Shown here one piece after another: positions 53,850-61,937 of a stretch of 64,000 nt of DNA (the stretch's first letter is position 1; the number at the start of each line of letters is the position of its first letter). The stretch is taken from contig OZ193909.1 in assembly GCA_964276515.1 (NCBI GenBank), positions 9,300,001 through 9,364,000 on the forward strand, read 5' to 3'. The translations under genes and the position numbers were made by a program. The notes below the pieces were generated by a model. That model saw only the letters and a program-made list of their open reading frames with translations. It was not told where the DNA came from and did not search any database. The DNA is from Gordius albopunctatus. Taxonomy: Eukaryota.

Positions 53850-55897
53850 TTATTCCAATGCATCTTTGATATGGGCGCGACGGTCTCCATAATAACGATG
53901 CGAAGATAGACAAAGGAAATCCCACGCAACAAATAGACCGTCCCGACAGTGTACGCGTACGGCCACGAGGAAATAAAGATCGTAGCCAAGGTACAAGGCG
54001 ATGCCCGAATGGGGAACACGAGGAAACAGCTGTCGTTATTATTAGCAGACGTAGAGGGGCCGCCGTTGTGCGGGATAGATTGGATCCAAGAATTCGAGCC
54101 CGAAATCTGGCGTTGGATAAGTTGGAACTCGAGAGCTGCGGCGGAACTGTTCACGGTGAATTCCGTGGAAAGACCGAAGAATACCAAATCCGCCATCCAG
54201 TATGTGATGAAACAATGGGATGGCAAGCTAAACGAATGCCCAAAAACAGTCAAGAGAATAACGGTGGAAGTGCCGTTAAAAGAAGGCATAAATCCCGTAT
54301 TTATCCCCGCACGAAGGGTGCCGATGGCATGGAAGAAAGAAGTAGAAGAAGAGTTAAACAAATGGGTCAGAGACGGGGTAATAGCACCAATCGATTTCTT
54401 AAGATGGGCCATTCCAGTGGTACCCGTAAAAAAAGCGATGGGAGCCTGCGAGTATGTATAGATTACCGGTTTACGATAAATAAACAGGCGCAAGGATCGT
54501 TGTACCCCTTACCCAAAATCGACGATTTTTTAAATAAACTCGATAACGCGTGTTGGTTTCCGAAGCTGGACCTAACGAAAGCGTACTTACAGCTGGAATT
54601 AGGGCCAGAGACAAGCCAACGATTGACTATCTCTACGCACAAGGGCTTATTTAAAGTTAACCGGATGCCTTTTGGCTTAAATAATGCTGCGGCGATTTTC
54701 CAAAAAACAATGGATCAAATATTAGGAGGCATAGAGGGGGTATCGGTATACATCGACGATATACTAATTGCAGGGGAAAGGGAAGAAATCCACAACGAAC
54801 GGTTACTCAAAGTACAAGAAACGTTACAAAAGTGGGGGTTCGTGCCAAACATTGCCAAGAGCATAATGTGGGCAAAGGAAGTAACCTTTTTTGGATACAT
54901 AATAAGTAACAAGGGGATTCAAATCAACAAAAATAAAGCCGAAGTAGTCAAGCAGTGGAAGAATTTAACAAACAAAAATGAAATAAAATCCTTCATTGGG
55001 TTAACAGCATATTTTTCAAAGTTCATTAAGGACTACACCAAAATCGTGCATCCCGATTCAGAAACTCATGGAAAAAAACGTGATATACCACTGGGGTGAA
55101 GAACAACAAGGCGCATTTGAAGCCAAGGCCGCCGTACCGGCATATTTAAATGGAGATTGGGAGACGGGCCTGTTTATAGACGCCTCTGGAACAGGGTTAG
55201 GGGCCATCTTACAGCAACGAGCACCAGGAGAGAATTAGAGAGTGGCGGCCTATTCTTCAAGAGCGTTAAACGATAGCGTAAGCCACTATTCGACGATTGA
55301 ACGAGAGGCGCTTGAATGCAAAAAGTGGCATGGCAGTATATATGGTGGCCTACGCTCGACGATGACTTAGTGAGCGTAGCGAAAGGGTGCCGGAATTGCA
55401 ATTACAGATCTACAAAACACTCCGCAACTAGTAAAAGCCCGTCAGAGATGATGTTAAAAAGGCGTATGCGAACCGAATGGGAGGTATTGAGGGAAACGGT
55501 ACCACAACAATGTGTAGAGACTGGTAAGCCGCGAATGTTCAACGTAAGAGACTTGGTTTGGGTACGCATGTTTTTGGGTCAGAGCAAATGGGTAGAAGCC
55601 ACAATAAAAGCCAATCACGATAGTCGTTCCTACGATGTATGGGCACAGGGAAGAAAGCACCACCAACACGTGGATAAAGTAAGGAAACGGAAAATCCTGG
55701 ATTGGACAACTCTGGGACAAGAGAACGGGTGGCCACAAAAAATAGCATCAGAAATGGAAGAGGGAACAAATGCCCCAAGGGAACAAAGTCAAAACCAGTC
55801 AGGAACGCCTAGGGAAGAACCTAGATACCCACAGCGTAGTCGGAAACCGCCAGCATTCCTTAAGGATTTTGTCTGTGAAAGGGGGAGGGAACTGTAG
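53850..55897 (+). pseudogene. pol: Retrotransposon pol (protease, RT, partial RNase H, partial integrase), frameshifted
   Basis: Protease FDMGATVSII; RT motifs LRVCIDYR, YPLPKIDD, KLDLTKAYLQL, RMPFGL and YIDDILI; RNase H IDASGTGLGAILQQ and SSRALNDSVSHYSTIEREAL; integrase WWPTLDDDL…CRNC and YRSTKHSATSKSPSEMM. Confidence 0.93.
55877..55891 (+). promoter_or_regulatory. Polypurine tract
   Basis: GAAAGGGGGAGGGAA lies immediately upstream of the 3' LTR. Confidence 0.85.
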
Positions 55898-56114
55898 AGA
55901 GGTAATAGGAGTGCTAAGTGCCTCCGGGGATACGTTAGTTACCTGTAACCTGTATGTTGTCGTTATTTACCTGTGTGTTGTCAATCGAATTAGCATTAAA
56001 TAGTTGTAACTTATATATCCGTTTGATATACACGTCACACTCACTTATAATTTTCTTACTATTGTGATATCCTTTTGTAACATGTTTTGGAGATTATTTC
56101 CCCGCTCCTAAACA
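55893..56114 (+). repeat. 3' LTR (222 bp)
   Basis: TGTAGAGAGGTAATAGGAGTGC…TTTCCCCGCTCCTAAACA, followed by the TSD ATTTG. Confidence 0.95.
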
Positions 56115-56259
56115 ATTTGTAGACAATATTTGCTCAAACAGTTGATATTAATTAAAAGCAAGGTTAGAAGGTATAGGAAATAACAATGGGCTTTTTTAAT
56201 TAAAATGATTTTTTATTTTAAAATTTTTAATTTATTAAATTGCTTATTTACTTCATCTC

Positions 56260-56312
56260 CAGACGTGAGCACGCACACAGCGTTGCTTAATATGTGCGCG
56301 AGGAAATGCGTT
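56260..56312 (+). promoter_or_regulatory. Candidate PTB proximal promoter / CpG-rich patch
   Basis: Short GC/CpG-rich stretch (AGACGTGAGCACGCACACAGCG…GTGCGCGAGGAAATGCG) in very AT-rich DNA, ~110-160 bp upstream of the putative ATG. Supported by position and composition only. Confidence 0.3.
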
Positions 56313-56418
56313 TTTATAATTTTTTATTTATCACTTGGAATCGAGAATATTTAGCCTACGCCTACATACACATATCGTAACAAAGGTTACGTAAATGTTA
56401 TATTCCTGATAGGATGCC

Positions 56419-56528
56419 ATGACTAAAGTATATCTATCTTCCCTATAATAGTAAATTGTTGATAGAGAAGTCTGGAAATAGATGTTAATTTAGATGATTC
56501 AAATGATGACCATGAATCTTTAAAAAAG
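56419..56528 (+). CDS. PTBP1: PTB N-terminal exons (MTK | RSLEIDVNLDDSNDDHESLKK) split by a 38-nt intron
   Basis: ATGACTAAA|gtatat…gatag|AGAAGT…AAAAAG|gtgcgt. The KR…KKIK spacing recalls the bipartite PTB nuclear localisation signal. Confidence 0.65.
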
Positions 56529-59500
56529 GTGCGTAATTATATTTGACATTATAAAATATATGGTCAGATTAAGCCTTTATCTCTAAACCTCTTGGAAATT
56601 GATGATAATAACTATTCATCATTATATATAAACGGGAATGATGAAAAACCAAATAATTTGCAGTCATCAGTAATTCATTTGAGAAATTTATGCCCTGATA
56701 TTAAAGAAACTGAATTAATCCAGTTAGCCTTTCCATTTGGAAAAATTAAGAAAATGATATTACTTAAAGCAAAAAATCAAGTAAATTTTGAAAATATACT
56801 ATAAAATTTAAATTTGGCATAATACATGCAACAATAAATGTTTTTTTAATTAAAATTTTTTAGCAGAATCTTTTTTATAATTATTTCTAATCAAGAAAAA
56901 ATGCATAACAGATCTAGACATGAAAATAGAAGAATTATTTTATTTGCAAATTATAATAGCTAAACTTATTTTTAACAAGACATTTTTGAATATGTTTTAA
57001 ATATTTTACATAGTTTATAAAATGGTTGTGTTAAAAAATCTGAATAGAATAACCCATACACTGATCAATGCGATCCGTTTAGTTTTAGCACGTTTTTAAT
57101 ATTTTTTAGTCGTGTATGTAATTTTTCTTATACCATCTCTCTGGTAGTTAATAATGTAATAAACACCTTTGTTTTTTCTATTAATATATCCCTTTTTTAT
57201 TACTTTATGCTTATTTGTAATTTTTTCTCTATACAAATAAAATTATTATAAAAAGTTATTATTATATTTAATTGTTAAATACAATTCCCTTAAATAATAT
57301 TTGTTTTTGAAAAAAGTCAAGTTTTTAGTTTGCATTATTATATTAACATGACTTAACCAAAAGAAGTTATATTGTTTAAAAATTTTTACAATGATTATGT
57401 GGATTTAAAATTGTTTTAACCCTCACTGATTAAACTTAATTTTGCAACACAGGCATCGTTATTGCTTTAAGCAAGCTTTAAGAAGTGTTCCTAATTTATC
57501 TAATTATTTTTTTTAAACTTAAGGGTTTTATTGAGTTTTATGAAAATGCAGCCATGCAAAATATGTTAAACTATTACTCTGATGTACAAAATGAAACAAC
57601 TTTGAGGGGATATAAAATTTATGCACAACAGTCAAATCATAATACACTCGATACCTCAACTATCCCACCTGCAGCTGTAAGTTACTTCTTAATTGTGTAT
57701 ATAATCAATTTCATAAGATCTTCATTTATAATGAAAATATAATCCTTTATTTGACCTGTATAATTTATTATATTACATGTATTTAATATATATATTGTTT
57801 TATTATTATTTTTTTGTTATTAATAAATACTATAAGGCAATATTATAATAACATTTGATATATGGATTAGCTTAGCACTTAATATAAAGGCCAATGAGTT
57901 TAAATTTGTCATCAAGCTACTAAGTTTTTAAATATTGGAAACTTTTGCTCAATCTTTAATTGAATTTTACAGAATTTTCAAGTTATAGATGAGTTTATTA
58001 TATGTCAGGCTTATATAATAAATTTTTTGCAAAATGTACTATTTTTTTTGCAATATGGGACATTCCATGACAGATATGTATAAATTTTGGTGATATATGC
58101 CTAACTGAATTTTAACTTAAATAATATAGGGGTAGGTTAACATTAATGTGAGGTTGAAAAAAATAAATATTAACATGATGGCAGAATTGCTTAATTATTT
58201 TTATTTTTTTTACTGCATATAATAATTTTTTTTTGCAGGAAAGGTGTCAAAAAATATTGCTTGCTAGTTATGATCATTTTTATTTTTTAAAATTATATTT
58301 ATTCTCAAACTCTGATAATTGCCCACTGCACAGAAAAAAGTTCAAAGATTTAGTTTATTTTTATTCCAATATTATTTATTTACCATGTATTCTTTATAAA
58401 TTTGCTGATAAAAAATTAACATCTTAATATGTTCTTATCTGGAAATTCCTTGAAAATGTTTCGAATTCTTGACCATCTCTCAGCCGACACCAAATTTTTG
58501 ACGATTAAGATTTTATAATGGGTCACAAAAGAGTTTACATTGTTAAATTGATGATTTCATGTGCCGTCAAAATAGGTTTTTATGATTTTTTATTAATTTG
58601 ACCACAAAAAATTAACCACAAAGGTTTGGGGCTATTTGTTATATTATTTCGATAGAAAATTTTTTTAGGAACGAAATGCACCAAAATTTAAGTGAATAGC
58701 TCCATTTCTTTTAAAAATAGGACAAAATAGTAAAATTTATGAAACGCACCAGAGCGTGATTTTGGCCCTTTGTCCATAACTTAAAAATATAGGTCTAAAA
58801 TGGCAAAAATTTTCAGAAATTAATATAATATACTAGGCATATATCTCACCAAAATTTATCCATATCTGAGATGGTCGTTAAAAATTGTCTTTTTTTGACG
58901 ATTCAACATGGAATGGTCCATAAAGCGTATAAACAGTTGTGGTAAATCTTTTAAAATACATATATTTACTTTTTTTACCTTAACATACAAATAGGCTTTG
59001 ATAGCTGAATCAACAGTTCTCACTTTAAATTCACTTTATGATGCTAACTCAACTCAGGAAAAACCAACTAACATTATTAGGATGATATTAGAAGGATGTA
59101 ACTTGTCAATCAAAATTGACCTTCTTTATCAGGTAATATCTATTCAAAATATTTAACATAAATAATTAGATTTTTACCAAATTTGGAACTATACAAAAAA
59201 TAGTAACCTTCATAAAAAACAGTAAGGTTGTTTTTAAAAATTACACTAAGTTTCATTTGCAGATACATTTCAAGCACTTATTCAGTTCACATCTCCTGCT
59301 GTATCCCAATTCGCAAGATTGGTATTAAAATACAATAGTTGTCAATTTATTTTTTAAAGAATTTAAATGGGCACAAATTTTTAAATGGGTTGTATGTCAT
59401 AAAAATTGATTTTTCTAAATTGTCTGAACTTGTTATCAAAAACAATAATGACAAAATGAGGGATTTTACATTGTATCCCATGGATAAAAATGATGCACAA

Positions 59501-61498
59501 TATCCTAACATTATTGATTCTACCAGTGTCTCGAGTACCTTGCCCCATTTCTTAGGAAAAAACTACAAAAGTGTGCCATTTACCACCTTGACAAATGCTT
59601 ATCAGGATTTAGATATAATTTCTGCATTTCCTATATCAGGTACTTATTAAATTTTTTTTTACTTTTTTGCAAAGTTTTTTATTCCATAACGGCTGCTCTT
59701 TGTTGACTTTTTAATAGCTTGAAGCAGCACCCTCCATTAAATTCACAGTTTCTGTTTTTTTAAAAGAACTATATTACGTTTCGGTTTCTTTTATTAAAAA
59801 TAATATTGGTATAATTAATATACCTAAAGATCCTAAGTTTATGACTAATTTAATTATATGATGCCAAATCACAAGACTAAATTAAAAAATTGTTTACAAC
59901 TCTGCCCCCTCTTTTATATTTAATATAATCTAAGACCCCCTTTTAAATAATTTGCATTTAACATATGCTTTTGCCCTTAATTTTTTGTCTTGATGAACAA
60001 ATGTAAATGAACACCCCTATAATATTGCTAGAGTCTAATATTATGTATAAAAACAACCCCTTAGATCCTCAAACTATTAGGCGTGGGTGTGAAAGATAAA
60101 ATACAATTTAGCCTGCAAATGACAAACACGAGACCCGCTTTATTTTAAATTAATATAACGTTATTTGATTTACCAAACCTATTTGTAATGTACAAGAACT
60201 AATATCAAGTAATTGAAGTTTATGTAGACATTGAATTTGTAGGCTGTATATCTCTACCTGACTTTGTTGTGTTTTTGTTAAATTATGGAACACTAATATT
60301 AATTTTGAATGGCTTATAGATTAAGGAATTAATATTTATTTGTATAAATGCTATAAAATTATCTTAAAATTCTACATCTTTAAGCTAATACTCTATATTT
60401 TATATATCAGAAATGGCCAATCAACACTACACTATTATACCTTCTATTACACCTGGATTTTCATATCATTTGGGTAGGTCGAATTTTAAAACTTGTTATA
60501 GACATTTACATCTTTATAAAATGAAATTAAATTACTTTGTATAAACTATTATAAAACTAATTATAGTCAATACACAGATTTTTATGATAGAAAACTAAAT
60601 TGTGCAAACATTTATTACAAACCACATTTTTAGAACATTTTTTTTCGGTTTTCAAGATCGTTTAAAATGGCAAATAAAAAAGTTTATATATTTGATATTT
60701 TGTTTATACTTAAATTTTATATCTCTTACATTTCTTACGTTTATAGTTTAATAAATAAAGTTATAAAATCACGGCGATAAGTTTTTAATTGATATTTTGT
60801 GATATGTGTTTGATTTTCAGCACTAAATAAAAATAAGTATATATAGCTCATAATCTTTATGTAATTGTGTGAAAAAGAGTTAACTAAATTGTTAATCAGT
60901 TAAAGTTTCTTAGTGTGATTTGTTTGTATTTATTCTAACCTTACAACATGAGACCTGGCTTTTGTGGAAATATGATGCCTTATTTATGTCGGTCGCACTT
61001 TTATTTTATATCTAGGCAATGCTTACGCGTCTCCATGCCTACATCCAATTTTATCAAATCAAGGCAGAGGAGACATGAATATAGCTAATATGATCGGCAT
61101 GCAAGGGTCTGATATATTAAGTTGTGGTCTATCCAATGGTATTGGTTGCGTACTCTTAGTTAATAATCTAAATGAAGAGGTCATTATATTCCAGTTTTTT
61201 AATAATGGTTCTGTTTGAATTAAAATTTCTTTTGCACCTTTAAATGTTTTCACTTTATTAAATTTCAAGTTTGCTTTTTTTAATAATATCTTTTTCACAT
61301 ATTTAAAGAAGCTCACTCCAGATGCACTCTTTGTCCTATTTGGTAATTTCTATTTTTAAATTTAGTAATTTTTGTGTAAAAATAACGTACTTTATTTGTT
61401 TAAAGGTGTTTACGGTGATGTTTTAAGGGTGAAGATTTTATATAATCGTCGAGATACTGGACTTATTCAAATGAGCACTATGCGGCAAGTTCAATTAG
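56419..61498 (+). CDS. PTBP1: Polypyrimidine tract-binding protein (PTB/hnRNP I/hephaestus family), spliced, 3'-incomplete (RRM1, RRM2, first part of RRM3)
   Basis: Exons with GT-AG introns and consistent phase: 56419-56427, 56466-56528, 56568-56780, 57524-57676, 58995-59132, 59170-59221, 59263-59321, 59360-59639, 60411-60473, 61016-61179, 61309-61342, 61406-61498. Joined peptide has SSVIHLRNL…PFGKI…LLKAKNQ|GFIEF (RRM1), LLYQ|IFTKFGTIQKIVTFIKN|NTFQALIQF…KIDFSKL…NNDKMRDFT (RRM2) and [35 protein letters not shown] (RRM3). The symbol denotes the family, not strict 1:1 orthology. The start codon is less certain than the RRM exons. Confidence 0.93.
56568..56780 (+). CDS. PTBP1: PTB exon, first half of RRM1
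   Basis: ggtcag|ATTAAG…AATCAA|gtaaat; 71 codons; overlaps ORF 56592-56804. Confidence 0.9.
57524..57676 (+). CDS. PTBP1: PTB exon, second half of RRM1
   Basis: ttaag|GGTTTT…GCAGCT|gtaagt; GFIEFYENAAMQNMLNYY…TLRGYKIYAQQSNHNTLDT. Confidence 0.9.
58054..58922. mobile_element. Intronic MITE / non-autonomous DNA transposon with inverted arms
   Basis: Termini TATGGGACATTCCATG and CATGGAATGGTCCATA are imperfect inverted repeats. The inner arm CAGATATGTATAAATTTTGGTGATATATGCCTA (58071-58103) is the inverted copy of TAGGCATATATCTCACCAAAATTTATCCATATCTG (58834-58868). Confidence 0.7.
58995..59639 (+). CDS. PTBP1: PTB RRM2 exons (four exons separated by 37-, 41- and 38-nt introns)
   Basis: Exons 58995-59132, 59170-59221, 59263-59321 and 59360-59639 join in frame to give a recognisable RRM2. 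Confidence 0.92.
60411..60473 (+). CDS. PTBP1: Probable 63-nt phase 1-1 exon in the RRM2-RRM3 linker
   Basis: atatcag|AAATGGCC…CATTTGG|gtaggt; open in the needed frame (EMANQHYTIIPSITPGFSYHLG). No domain motif confirms it. Confidence 0.6.
61016..61498 (+). CDS. PTBP1: PTB RRM3 exons (164, 34 and 93 nt)
   Basis: Exons 61016-61179, 61309-61342 and 61406-61498; [44 protein letters not shown]. Confidence 0.93.
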
Positions 61499-61937
61499 GT
61501 AAAATTTAAATTTTATAGTTTGAAAACTTATTTCATTTAATCCCTCTATCTTTTAGCTTTATAATTCGTTTAAGTTACTCGTTATTGATATTTAATATTT
61601 CAGACATATTGAAATATTTTTTATAAATAAGTTGTTAAATCTTAAATACGATTTACCAAAAATTGCGATTTTTATCCTACTAAAGCCTACAATTTTGCAT
61701 AATACATACCAATCGACATATTAGCTCTGGGTTCACTCTTACAATGACGTTTCAGTATTAAAAGGACATTGTAAATATGACTACCTTCTACCTTCGATAG
61801 TATTAAGCATAATAATTAATTTTTACAAAAATAGTACTTAAAAGTGTTGACATTATTTAAAGAAAGCTTTTATATTACTATTAATAAATAACAAACTTTT
61901 ATCTCGCTGTTAATTTATCATCGCAACTATATTAAAT

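Larger units (their letters stand above)
53003..56114 (+). mobile_element. Ty3/Gypsy LTR retrotransposon (Mag-like), degenerate and internally deleted
   Basis: Two TG…CA LTRs, 5-bp TSD ATTTG (52998-53002 and 56115-56119), PBS-like TGG after the 5' LTR, PPT before the 3' LTR, and domain order gag-PR-RT-RNaseH-IN, which is the Gypsy order. The Mag assignment is inferred from the gag motifs and short LTRs. Confidence 0.95.

Noticed and set aside
53684..55778. Minus-strand ORFs (269, 65, 75, 94 and 79 aa) over the retrotransposon
   Set aside because: Antisense shadows of pol with no motifs.
58233..58427. 64-aa ORF as an additional PTB exon
   Set aside because: It lies within the intronic MITE and has no PTB similarity; the flanking exons already join in frame.
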